Assembly (NCBI GenBank): GCA_030390025.1
Contig: CM059433.1
Coordinates: 16,928,001-16,992,000, forward strand
Length of the DNA: 64,000 bases
Source: Squalus acanthias
Taxonomy: Eukaryota
Direction of reading: 5' to 3'
Under the pieces are notes generated by a model, which made no database searches, was not told the DNA's origin, and was given only the letters and a program-made list of their open reading frames with translations. A program made the position numbers and the translations under genes. Positions 35,080-47,897 of the stretch are shown here, one piece after another; the first letter of the stretch is position 1; each line of letters opens with the position of its first letter.

Positions 35080-38000
35080 TCCTCTGTTGCCTGCCCAGTG
35101 CCAGGGTAAAGGACATCTCCTCTGGGCTGGAGAGGAACTTAGAGTGGGAGGGGAAAGATCCAGTTGTCATGGTCCATGTAGGTACCAACGACATAGGTAG
35201 GACAAAGAAAGAGGTTCTGCTGAGGGAGTATGAGCAGCTAGGGGCTAAATTAAAAAGTAGAACCACAAATGTAATAATCTCTGGATTACTACCTGGGCCA
35301 CGTGCAAATTGGCATAGGTTAAATAAGATCAGAGAGATGAACAAGTGGCTCAAAGATTGGTGTGGGAGAAATGGGTTTCGATTCCTGGGGCACTGGCACC
35401 AGTACTGGGATAAGAGGGAGCTGTTCCGTCGGGACAGGCTTCATTTGAACCAGGCTGGGACCAGTGTCCTGGCGAATCGAATAACTAGGGCTGTAGACAG
35501 GGCTTCAAACTAAATAGTGGGGTGGGAGGGGGGGGGGGGGGGGAGGGATACGCTGAGCGGAAATGTAAAGTCAAAGAAAAATGAGAAGGCAAAAGTGCAG
35601 GGTAGCGATAGGGGTAATAATAACCAGAGTGTGACAGTGTATACACATAAGAGTGCATCAGAAAGGAGGGGTCAGAGTAGGGAAAAATGGTAATAAGACA
35701 AAATTAAAAGCTCTATATCTGAACGCACGCAGCATTCATAACAAGCTAGATGAGTTGACAGCACAAATAGAAATAAATGGGTATGATCTGATAACCATTA
35801 CAGAGATGTGGTTGCAAGGTGACCAAGGCTGGAAACTGAATATTCAGGGGTATTTGCCATTTCGTAAGGATAGGCAGAAAGGAAAAGGAGGTGGTGTAGC
35901 TCTGTTAATAAGGGATGAGATCAGTGCAGCAATGAGAAATGATATTGGCCTAGAAGATCAAGACAGAATCAGTTTGGGTGGAGAGAAGAAATAATAAGGG
36001 TAAAAAGTCACTGGTGGGAGTGGTCTACAGGCCCCCCAAACAGTAGCCACACAGTAGGACAGAGAATAAATCAAGAAATAAGAGGCTTGTAAGAAAGGTA
36101 CAGCTATAATAATGGGAGATTTTAAATCTTCATATTGATTGGACAAAGCAAATTGGCAAAGGTAGACTTGAGGAAGAGTTCTTAAGAGGGTATACGGGAT
36201 GAACCATCTGTGGCTAACTAAGGAAGTAAAGGATGGTATCAAATTGAAAACAAAAGCATACAATGTTGCGAAGAATAGGGAAAGGCCAGAGGATTGGGAA
36301 ATATTTAAAAAGCAGCAAAGGATGACTAAAAAAATGATAAAGAGAGAGAAGATAGCTTATGAGAGTAAGCTAGCAAGAAATATAAAAACAGACAGTAAGA
36401 GCTTCTACAGGTATATAAAAAGGAAAAGAGTAGCTAAAGTAAACGTTGGTCCCCTAGAGGATGAGTCTGGGGAATTAATAATGGGAAACAGGGAAATGGC
36501 GGAGACCTTGAACAAATATTTTGTATCGGTCTTCATGGTAGAAGACACTAAAAGCATCCCAATAATGGATAATCAAGGGGCTATTGGGGTGGCCAGGGGG
36601 GGGGGGGGGGGGAGAAGGAGGAGGAGACTTAAAACAAACAATCACCATCACTAGAGAGAAAGTACTAGGCAAACTAATGGGACTAAAGGTGGACAAGTCC
36701 CCTGGACCCAATGGCCTGCATCCTAGAGTCTTAAAAGAGGTGGCTGCAGAGATTGTGGATGCATTGGTTGTAATCTACCAAAGTTCCCTGGATTCTGGAG
36801 AGGTCCCAACGGACTGGAAAACCGCAAATGTAACGCCCCTATTTAAGAACGGAGGGAGACAGAAAGCAGGCAACTATCAACCAGTTAGCCTAACATCTGT
36901 CATTGAGAAAAATGCTGGAGTCCATCATTAAGGAAGTGATAGCAGGACATTTAGAAAATCATAATATAGTCAAGCAGAGTCAGCATGGTTTTATGAAAGG
37001 GAAATCATGTTTGACGAATTTGCTGGAGTTCTTTGAGGATGTAACGAGCAGGGTGGATAAAGGGGAACCAATAGATGTCGTGTATTTGGATTTCCAGAAG
37101 GCATTCGATAAGGTGCCACATAAAAGGTTACTACACAAGGTAAGAGCTCACGGGGTTGGGGGTAATATATTAGCATGGATAGAGGATTGGCAAACAGAAA
37201 AGAGAGTCGGGATAAATAGGTCATTTTCAGGTTGGCAAACTAACTAGTGGGGTGCCGCAGGGATCAGTGCTGTGGCCTCAACTATTTACAATCTATATTA
37301 ATGACTTGGATGAAGGGACTGAGTGTAATGTAGCCAAATTTGCTGATGATACAAAGATAGGGGGGAAAGCAAATTGTGGAGGACGCAAAGAATCTCCAAA
37401 GGGATATTGATAGGCTAAGTGATTGAGCAAAAATCTGGCAGATGGAGTTTAATGTGGGAAAATGTGAGGTTATTCACTTTGTTAGGAAAAATAAAACAGC
37501 AAATTATTTAAATGGGGAGAGATTACAAAATGCTGAGGTACAGAGGGATCTGGGGGCCCTTGTACATCAATCACAAAAAGTTAGCATGCAGGTACAGCAA
37601 GTAATTAGGAAGGCAAATGGAGTGTTGGCTTTTATTGCAAAGGGAATGGAGTATAAAAGTAGGGAAGTCCTGTTACAACTGTACAGGGAGTTAGTGAGAC
37701 CACACCTGGAATACAGCGTACAGTTTTGGTCTCCTTATTTAAGGAAGGATATACTTGCATTGGAGGCAGTTCAGAGAAGGTTCACAAGGTTGATTCTGGA
37801 GATGAAGGGGTTGTCTTATGAAGAAAGGTTGAGCCTATACTCATTGGAGTTTAGAAGAATGAGGGGATCTTATTGAAACATAAAAGATTCTGAAGGGGCT
37901 TGACAGGGTAGATGCAGACAGGATGTTTCCCCTCGTGGGGGAATCTAGAACTAGGGGGCATAATTTCAAAATAAGGGGGCATCCTTTAAATCGGAAAGGA

Positions 38001-38240
38001 GGAGGAATTTCTTCGCGGAGGGTCATGAATCTTTGGCATTCTCTTCCCCAGAGAGCTGTGTCATTGAATATATTTAAGGTGGAGATAGACAGATTTTTGA
38101 AGTATGAGAGTCAAGGGTTATGGGGAACAGGCAGGGAAGTGGAGTTGAGGCCAAGATCAGATCAGCCATGATCTTATTGAATGGCGGAGCAGGCTCGAGG
38201 GGCCAAATGACCTACTCCTGCTCCTACGTCTTATGTTCTT
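35080..38240 (+). mobile_element. Long decayed CR1 LINE (ORF1 esterase through 3' end, internal deletion near 36195)
   Basis: CCLPSARVKD..VHVGTNDIGR (SGNH), LYLNARSI (APE), QHGFMKGKSCLTNL, YLDFQKAFDKV, KFADD and a CTTATGTTCTT end. Confidence 0.95.
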
Positions 38241-38862
38241 TATAAACTTCATCCTCGGCCCTGGTGACATTAATTGAACCTTCAGTGTATTACTGCCTTG
38301 TAGCACACTCTTAGCCAGCTTTTTAACATGGTTTGAAACGATTGGCTACTGAATTAGTCCTGTAATTTTGACTTAAATCACGGTGCATACTAACATTTCA
38401 AAAAAAAACATTTGTATTAAGTGTAAAATTGACTTGAAAGCTTAGTGCAATTCAGGTGCTGCAAAATAAAATATTTGTATCAATTTTAGTGACTTTTCTG
38501 TCATTCTTAACATCTCAGTTAAATAGTACTGCAGCAGCTTTGGAACGGTGAAGCCACAATAGCTCTGTAAATATTTCTGTTAGTAAGCTGTCCAAGGTCT
38601 ATTGATCGTGGAGCTGGATCTGGGTGATGAAGGACAAAGTGGGTGACAGCAAAGGTCACAACTATTGAAAAACAAGAAAAAGCGAGAGGGGAAAAAAAAA
38701 AATCACAATCAGACAAGGTTCCAATTGTTGTTATAACTCAACCTACGCGCCACCCCCCCCACCACCCCACTCCAGACCAGCCATGCCTGATTTGCTGCTG
38801 TCCCTCTGGTGAAGTGCCTCACCTCTAGCTGGCAACTCCCCACAAGACTACAGCGGAGATCA

Positions 38863-39443
38863 AGGTGGAAATTTGAACTCCTGAGCAGGAAAGTGGCCCA
38901 GTGAGCTGGCCGCTCATCCGGTGGCAGCAGCCATTTCAATGGTTGGGCCTCATTAACATGCCGCCGACCGACTTCGACCAAAACTGCTGGGAAGTCGGGC
39001 GGCCCAGAGGCCAACGGTCAAGATCAAGCTAAGTGTAGTTCTGGGGCAGTCAGTGGTATGGGAAAGACGGGGTGGGGGGGGAGGCGAGTGCAGTCTAGGC
39101 AAGGGAGGCCGACACTTCCTTGTGCAGCCTGCTCAGACTCCTGCTCTTCCTGGCCCCACAAAAGGAAAGTTTTAAACCAACTTTGGTGGTCTGACCAGGT
39201 TCTTCTTCTGGGCGCCCCGTTGACCTCCTGGTTACGATGGAGTCAGGGTCCTATTGACGTAATAGGACGTTGATTTCGAAAATTGTATGATGATTCCACC
39301 TGTGGCAGGTGAGCACCTTATACTCCTGAAAAAATAGGCATTTTAAAATTGCAACAGATTGGGAACAGAGCGGTTAATTCACCCAATATTTTAACTGTCC
39401 ACTCTACTGGTTTCTGCCAGATGGGAGGAGTTAAAATTCCTCT
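38863..39443. mobile_element. MITE-like TIR element
   Basis: GGTGGAAATTTGAACTCC / GGAGTTAAAATTCCTCT imperfect TIRs around a GC-rich interior. Confidence 0.5.
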
Positions 39444-41044
39444 GCTGCCCCCACCCTTGAGTTCAACTAACAGAGGTATGCAAGATAACCTGTAGTATCA
39501 AGTTCAACTAATGAAATAGTGTAGCGATGTCAAGTATAAGAGCTTCTCCGTTAATTCTAATATACTGTTTTATGGTTAAAACCAAACAAATAGACTAGTA
39601 ATTGTAACCTAACCCTAACCCGGCAGGATCGATCGGCCGCCCGATTTTCCTTTCTCTTGAAGTCGATGGAAATTTGACCAGTTACAGCGTCAGTAGGAAA
39701 CTAAATTGGCGAAAGGGGTTGGGAATTTGCTCAGCTCTCATTTTCCGACACAAACATTTGGAGCATTCAGGAGTAACAAAAACACGCCTTAATGGTCTTA
39801 ATTCCGGATGCTCTAAATGCAGAGTTCTTGCCAGTGTCATACTTGCTTGCAACCTCCACAGTCGATTTGTGGTACCAGCCCACCAACGACCCTACCACTA
39901 TAATCCTAACTTCCATTTTACCTGCTAAAATGGTTCACCTTCAAAGCCACCTCTTCTTCTGGGCACAACAAAATGGGGTGGGAAGGGGAAAAAGAGGGTT
40001 TCCCCCCCCCAAATCTGCATTATTTTTTTTCTCAAATAAGTAAAGAGAGCTCAAATTAAGGCAAGTGGCAATAAAACTGCCCAACTATAAAGTAGGAGGT
40101 AGGTAAGCAGGCAGTGGCCTGGTTTATTCCAATGCCTTCATGTTTACCTCCTTTCTGAAACTGCCCCTCAGTGTAACCAGTGTTGTCACTGATGGGAGTT
40201 AGTGACTGAATGCTTAGCGCTGCATTCCTTGTATACCCTCAAACAAGGGTATACAAGGCAACCCACCAATACCCAGTTTACATGCGAGTTACCCGGCATC
40301 CGGTGCACCTCTCTACTCCTCTCAAGCCTCCGCGGAGTACTGGTATCGGTTTGCTGTCCATCGTTGGATAACTCTGTTTGACATTCTTCTCCAGTAATAT
40401 GATAGCACATAGCTGGAGAAGGAGGTCAGTGTTTTTGTGCTCGTGAGAAACTGCTCTCCCTTCGAGGGCTGCAGTAATGCTGGCTGCATTACAATTAAAG
40501 CTACTGCAAGATGACATTTTATTTTAGATTGCTCATTAAACAGAATTGACTCGGAAGCATAAGGTTCTACACAATTATTTTTTTTAAATATAGCTAATAG
40601 TAAGCTTTAGATATATTGCAAACATTAGAATGAACAGATTAATTGAAGTTTTTGAAATACGAGAGATGATTGAAATCAAGGGCATCATAGCTCTGGGTGA
40701 ACGATCCATTATTCTAGTCTTTTGTCTATAGTTTGGGATACTACATGAGGCAAAGAGACAAGGTTTCCTCTCAACTGGCACTCCCACATTTTCATTGCAA
40801 AAATGAATATGTAAAAATCAATTAAATTAATGAGCAGTGTCCTTCATTAGTTTCGTTAGCAATCTTTGTATGGTTACTTTTGCTTGTATCTAGCACTGGA
40901 AATGCAAACAAAAAAGTCCATGTGTTATTTACATTTTTTGCCAAAAAACATCATTCCTAAAATCTTTTCAATGGCTTGGCTGATATTCAAAACAAATTAG
41001 GTTAGATATTTATTGGAGGGTAGTGCCAAATAATTGGAGGGAAG

Positions 41045-41295
41045 CACGAGGCGCTACAATCAAAAGGGATTAAAGTTAAATCCAGGGAACTACAACAAGT
41101 CTAAACTCTTGAGGTGGCGAAGTTAATGGAAAGTATAACATGATATAAATGACAGACTTTCATTTCTATAGCAATGCAAGTCTGTCTGTGATATAAATGG
41201 GTATTTAGAATTTATAGGATTAGAGGGGATATCTAACCAGGCATTAGATGGATTTCTGGTAAATTTGGTGATCATGGTATATGGAAACCAAGAGT
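41045..41295 (+). mobile_element. Very old CR1 3' remnant
   Basis: ACGAGG..TACAA..TTAAAGTT (TRGH-like) and TTAGATGGATTTCTG...GGTATATGG resemble CR1 ends. Confidence 0.35.
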
Positions 41296-42169
41296 AAACT
41301 ATTCTAGTGTAGGGATCTGGTACCTGCTGTGGCTTGCCAGATTGTCCATGAGGGGTTGGCGAAAATTTTTAACCAGGCATGTAGCATCCCAAGAATAGCG
41401 GAGGCACATATTGACCGGATGGCCTTTTCGTTGGATACATAAAAAACATTACAGCTTATAGTCTCTCTACCACTGGCAGTTCCAACTTTGGTGTCATGAT
41501 GCAAGGAAAATAAAGTGGGACTAATACTTCCGAAGGAGCAAAGGCCATTTCTCCCCCCCCCCCCAACATAGAGATGGAACATCAGTATGATTGGCTGCTG
41601 CTGCAGACAGATTGAATGTTCAGCCTACTCTAGTAATTTCCACTTACTAGACCTTTCTAGCTACCTCAGGAGGTTGGGGGCCAGAAATGGAAGTCCTGAT
41701 TTACTGTTGTGTTCCATGTAATGTAAATGAGATGAGCTCCATAGCACCAGTAGCTGTGGCATATTTTATCCGTAATATAATCTGGAATGCAAACACGGCA
41801 TTGGAGACAAATGTGCATTTGATTCAGCACATTAGGAGAAAAGTTCCGATTTTATGCTGGGAGCATGCAATTGGAAAGTTTACCTCACCAATACAACAGT
41901 AGACAGTGAATCTAGGCTATTTTTGAAGTATTGAAGCTTCTCGAGTGCTAGTATCTCATGCACAGTGGATATAATCCCCAACTCAATCCACTGTGATTGC
42001 ACTTAACTATCATGCAAGTACTCAGGTCAGTTTTCTTCATCATGGATTTTACTTGGTTGACATGGAATAACATTTTGTTGCAATAGCCACTGTGCTTGTG
42101 AATAGTTTGATGCTATGGATACAAAATGTTCACCACTTACTTGTATTTCACAGTTGGGGGGAAGAGCAC

Positions 42170-44300
42170 AGAATACCAGCAGTACAAGGGAACCTTAAAA
42201 TAAGTCAAGGGTAGTAGCTTATTCAATTTGATACAAGTGAAGAAAATGGCAATGGAGAAAATAATGGGACTGAAGATAGACAAGTCTCCAGGACCGGATA
42301 GTTTCCACCCTAATGTATTAAAAGAAACAGGTGGGGAATTGTGCCTTTGGATTGGAAAATTGTAATTGTCACTCCATTATTTATTAAAGGAGGGATGAAG
42401 AAACCAGGAAATGACCACCTGTCAGTTTAACATCAGTTGTTGAGAAGTTACTGGAATCGATCAGGGACAGAGTGACTGAGCACTTGAACAAGTAGGAGCT
42501 GATCAAAGAGAGTCAGCACAGTTATCCCCTACCAAGGGTAGGTCATGTCTGACTAATCTATTTGAATTTTTTGAAGAGGTCACTAACATGGTGGACAGGG
42601 GAGTGTCTATGGATGTTATCTATATTGATTTCCAGAAAGCATTAAATAAGGTTCTGCACAAAAGATTATCAGCAAAAATAAAAGTGCACATAATTGGAGC
42701 TAACCTTGTAACATGGGTTAGTAATTGGTTGGCATGTAGGAGACAGAGAGTAGGGATAAAGAGAATCTACACCGATTGGCAGGATATGACAACTGGCGTT
42801 CCCCAAGGATCCGTACTGGCAACTCAGCTTTTCAACATACAGGAAACTTTCGTTTATCCGGCATCGACGGGACCGGCGTGGTGCCGGTTTATCGAAAGTA
42901 CCGGATAACAGAGAGTTATATCTACCGAGGCTATTTTTAACAAAGAGACTCCAAGCAGCACGGGAGAATCTACTCATGCTACTGCAATGTTTCGGACTTG
43001 CGACAGCGCCAGGAGGCCGAGTAGTGGCACTTTTGAAAAGTACCCCTACTGACTAAATCGGCGTTCGCGGACTCGGACTCGGACTCGGGATCGGCAACAT
43101 TGCCGGTTATTTGAGAGGATTTTTCGGAGCACTCGGCGTTCGCAGAGACTCGACTGCGACTCGGCAACATTGCCGGTTATTTGAGAGGAGTTTTCGGAGG
43201 ATGATTTTTGCCGGTTAAGCGAGAATTCCGGATATTTGGGTGCCGGATAAACGAAAGTTTCCTGTATATCAATGACTTGGATAAAAGGAATAGAAAGTTC
43301 TAGATTCAAGGTTGCAGATAATACTAATTTAGGAGGCACAGTAAGTTTTGTAGATGGAAGCAGGAAGTTACAAAGATAGATTAAGTGAATGGGCAAACTG
43401 TGGCAGATGGTGTTCAATGTGGAGAAATGTGAGATCAACCACTTTGGATCCAAGAGAAATAAACTGGATTTTTTTCTCAATGGCAGGCTACTAGGAAATG
43501 TGGAGGAGCAAAAGGATGTGTGTGTGTGTCCATGTACACTAATCACTAAAAGCTAGTATATGGGTACAAAAAAAATAAATCAAAAAGGCTAATGGAAAGT
43601 TGGCCTTTATCTCAAGGGGGTTGGAATACAAAGGGGAGGAAGTTATGCTTCCTATGTACAGACCCATCTGGAGCACTGTGTTCAGTTCTGGGCACCACAC
43701 CTCAGGAAGGATATATTGGCCTTGGAGGGAGTTTAGTGCAGATTTAGCAGAATTATACAAGGGATTAAAGGGTTGCATAAACTTGGCTTACATTCCCTCG
43801 AGTATAGAAAGGAAAGAAAGACTTGCATTTATCTAGCTCCTTTTAATGACCTCAGGTCATCTCAAAGCACTTCACAGCCAATGAAGTACCTTTGAAGTGT
43901 GGTCACTGCTGTAATGTAGAAGGTTGGGGGGTGATCTAATTGAAGTGTTTAAAATTATTAAAAAAAGGATTCAATAAGATAGATACAGAGAAGTTATTTT
44001 CTTTGGTGGGGGGATCCAGAATAAGGGGGCACAATCTTAAAATTGGAGCTAGGCGATTTAAGCAATTTCACACACAAAGAGTAGGGGCAATCTGGAACTC
44101 TCTCCACAAAAGGCTGCGGATGCTGGTTCAATTGAAATTTTCTCAAGAACTGAGATTGACAGATTTTTTATTAGGTAAGGGTATCAAGGGATATGGATCA
44201 AAGCTCTGGTAAATGCAGCTGAGGTACAGATCAGCCATGATCTGACTGAATTACAGAACAGGCTCGAGAGGCCGAATGGCCTCCTCCTGTTCATATGCTT
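42170..44300 (+). mobile_element. Decayed CR1 ORF2 (RT to 3' end) with nested MITE and SINE tail
   Basis: [37 protein letters not shown] and the 3' UTR. A DeuSINE-type tail is inserted at ~43815-43920 (minus strand). Confidence 0.9.
42840..43264. mobile_element. Tigger/pogo-like (Tc1/mariner) MITE, 425 bp
   Basis: Perfect 24-bp TIR CAGGAAACTTTCGTTTATCCGGCA with TA on both sides; CpG-rich; internal ~70-bp direct duplication. Confidence 0.93.
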
Positions 44301-45735
44301 CTGCAAGAATGCCTTTAAATTGGTTAACTTTAAAAGGAAGCCCGTTTATGAACTGTAGCATAAGCATGGAATCAAATCTGTGGTCTCTGGTTTCTACAGC
44401 TTATTACAAAAGGTAGGCCATCAGAGAGCTTGTGCTGATTCTTGCAAGCTTTGATCGAATCAATATATATTTGCACTTGTTCCTGGAATGAAAATTAATT
44501 CACTTGTTTTAAGCAATTTATCCATTTGCAGAACATTAACCACTATGATCCTTACTCAAATTGTAATTAAACTGCAAGCTTTTTTAAAAAAAATGAACAA
44601 TCTGCATGGACAAACATTTTTAATTGTATATGGAAAGAGAAAACCTTTGCATCATTTGTCACAAGGTCATATGTACGTGACAAGATACACATTTCAACTT
44701 GATTTGGGTCACTGGATCATGTTTACAAATTAAAAGTTTGCCAAGCACTTTCATAAAAATAGTGTCCCTTTTAACAAGTAATGTACCTTCACGATAATAA
44801 TACTCCCATTTCCTTAAGCTCTTTGTTTTCCTTTTATAGGAGCAACCCAAATTGTTGAGGTACATTTTATTTCCTCCCACCATCTGATGTCCCCACATCA
44901 TGCAGAGTTGTCAGACAGCAGAGGAAGTGCACTTCCCCACAGGGCAGGGAAAAAAATAATTAAAATGGCCAGGTCACCTCCAGCTGCTCTCGTGCGGCTC
45001 CTAGCAACCCAGATCTAGATTAAGTGGCATGTTGTGTTTTCCAGTACCATAGATGACCATTTACTTACCATTGCACTGCACAGATGGCTGCTTGCTTTGA
45101 TAGCTGCAACAATCAGCACAGAAGCAAATTCCCACCATTTGTTCAATCGATCAGCTCATAGCAGTGTTAGTAATACACACATCAACGCTACAATGTTACC
45201 AGTGAAGATTAAAAGCTTTGCGGTGTTGTCTGGTGCATGTGCCTCAGAAGACATCACCAAATAGGTCACCAGAAATAAACTTTCAAAAACGTCGCTGTCC
45301 TGAAGCAGATTTCCCACCCACCCCCTCCAATTAGCTCTCCATTCTCCCCCTTCAAGACCCCAACTCAAGAGATAAAAGTGGGGGCAGTGGCAAAGCGAGA
45401 TAAGAAAGACTCATTGCAGAAATTAATTCAGTATGTTTTTGTTTCCAGTGCAGAATGCCTAGTTAGTTACAGCTATGGTGCACAGGCAACAGAAATCAAG
45501 CAGGTTAGCACAGAAAAAAATTCCACACATTTCTTCAAATTATCATATTCCTTCTGCTCTTCTATACAGTGCAGTATTAAAGGGACACTTTTTCTGGTAA
45601 AATGGGTTCCTTTTTATCTTCTAACCAGAGATGAACTGGAAATGCAAGAAAATTTTCTACAACTTAATATTTTCCACTGTGGGGAAATACTGCATCTGCT
45701 TTACCGGCATGCAATATAGTTAGCGTGTAAACATT

Positions 45736-47195
45736 GGCCCGGAATTTGCGGTCGGAGGCGTACCTCCGGAGTACGCCTCCGACCCGCTAAAGATATACAA
45801 ACTTACCTTCTGGCTGTGGAGACAATGGCCCAAAAATTAGTGAGCGAGCCTTCGTGCGAGGGTAAGGCCTCTCACTGCGCGCTGGCTTTTTCAGTCCGAG
45901 CTCGCACGAACTTGATGTTCTGGACAGCAGCTGTGCAGGGCTTTCGTATCCCACAGGCGTAGTTAATTCGTGCGAGCTGTGGGATCACGTGACTCAGTTA
46001 GAGCCAATGGCAGCACACCATCTTTCATTCATAGCTTTCACAGCACGGCTGTGAAAGCTATGAATACTATACCCCCCCCCCCAAAAGAACAGCTAAACCT
46101 CAATTAAATTTAAAAAAAACCCCATCACATTAATAAAATAAGTATAGTTAAATAAATTAACCATTTTAAACAAAAAATTAAATTTTTGAAAAAATTTAAA
46201 ATCTTTTAAAAAGTTATAAAAATAAACTTACCTGTCTTTAAAGTCTCTAAAAAAGATATACCTGTTAAAAAAAAATTCAAAATAATACTTAATTAAGTAC
46301 TTACCTTGTTAAAAGAGGGTCTTACACCTCCTTTCTTTATGTGCAAAATCTTCCATGCTTACCTGCGCGTCCAAAGCACTAAGTGCACTGCGTGCGCGCA
46401 GCCTGTAGCGCGCACGCGGTTTACCTAGGAACCGCCCCCTTTTGAATTCACCAAGTGCCGGTTTTCAGCGCATGCGCAGTGCATGCAGAAAACCGGCAAT
46501 TGGAGACAGAATACGCGAGAGTACACAGTGTGTACTCTCGCATAGCGGCACTAATTTTTGGGCCTTTGTGTCCTGGGCCTGCGGGCGTACGCCTGCGCAA
46601 AGGCCCAGGGACGCAGGCGGTTCGGAAGCGTTCCTGGGATCAGGTGGGCCAGGTCGTCAAATCAGAAAGGAGGATTCCATTGCTGTCATTTCCGAACGGA
46701 ATCCCCCAATGACAAACAATGGAATCCCCAAATAATTACAGAACGTACACAATTCTAATAAAAACAAATGTTCTCATTTTCAAATTTAAACTAAAAGTCC
46801 CTTCAATACATCAAACAATAAAAAAATGTATTCTTTGAAAAATAATTTTAAAGATTTTAATCTGGGCCAAAATTTGCATAAAGTAATTTTAAGTGCTTGT
46901 ACATCTTTTTTATTTTTGAATTTAAGATTTATAGTAACCCTTACGCTGGTGAAAGCAGGCCCTACGCCTGCTTTTACCAGCTGCAAGAGTTTTGTGGGCA
47001 TTTGCTGGGCAGTAGTGGGGCAAATAGCTCAACTCTGCACCAGCAAACGTGATTTTACTTTCGGTTTGGTAGATCTGTCAAGGCGAACTTGACAGATCGC
47101 AAGTTACAGGTTTTCACGCATGCGGAAACCCGGAACTTGTGGGGCCTTTTAGAAGGCTTACGACGGCGTACGCTGGACACCGCGAAATCCAGGCC
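45736..47195. mobile_element. Non-autonomous TIR element (outer), probably PIF/Harbinger-related
   Basis: GGCCCGGAATTTGCGG / CCGCGAAATCCAGGCC termini and subterminal GGCGTAC palindromes. Confidence 0.7.
45827..46564. mobile_element. Nested non-autonomous TIR element (inner), 738 bp
   Basis: Perfect 16-bp TIR GGCCCAAAAATTAGTG / CACTAATTTTTGGGCC. Confidence 0.85.
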
Positions 47196-47897
47196 ATAGT
47201 TTTGGAGGGAGTTGTCCAAGCAACTAAAGGCACTTTATCTTACTCCAGTGCCGCTGACCCCCAAACAGGCAGATCGTGGGTTGTTGACAACACGGGCAAG
47301 TATAAACTTGCTGTCCTCCACACGTCTAACAGCAGTAAATACCCAGTTTATCCATGGGTCCTTTGATCTGCTACTGGTGTCACGACCTCCTTTCATGGCC
47401 TCAAATGTGCTAAGCTGGGTCACAATGCAAAATATCATCATAAGAAAGGCACATTGATGCAAAGTGCACCTAAAATGTCCAGGCTTCATTCAAATGAAGG
47501 TTAATATTTCCATGAACATGCAAACAATGCAGCCCTTTGCCTCTGCTCTGCTCTAGGTCTGTTGGAGATTAATTTGAAAAATGGACACCCGGTCTTCTGC
47601 ACATCTGCTCTGTGTTACCTGAATCAGCCTTCAACATAACTGGAGGAGTGCGGCACACAGAAGTGGCTTTGACATCAATCGCCCAGGACCCAAGATTTAA
47701 CTTTAAGCTCCTTTAAGCTTCCCAAAAACTCCCCTAAAAAGGACAGTGATGTTCCTTTAAGCTAAAGGTTTATCGAGTACGGCTGAACAGAGCACTTAAC
47801 CACTGTATGGGGTGATTGATAGGAGGCGCCTATTAAAATCTTAATTAAAAGAATGGCCACTTAACTTTTAGTAGTTTAATGAATTTCAAATGCATTA

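Noticed and set aside
39605..39622. Interstitial telomeric repeat (CCCTAA)
   Set aside because: Only about two units, and it resembles the TAACCTAACC start seen in the MITE at 25541.
47235..47489. 84-aa minus-strand ORF with AG/GT boundaries
   Set aside because: No recognisable domain, and the length is within chance expectation.
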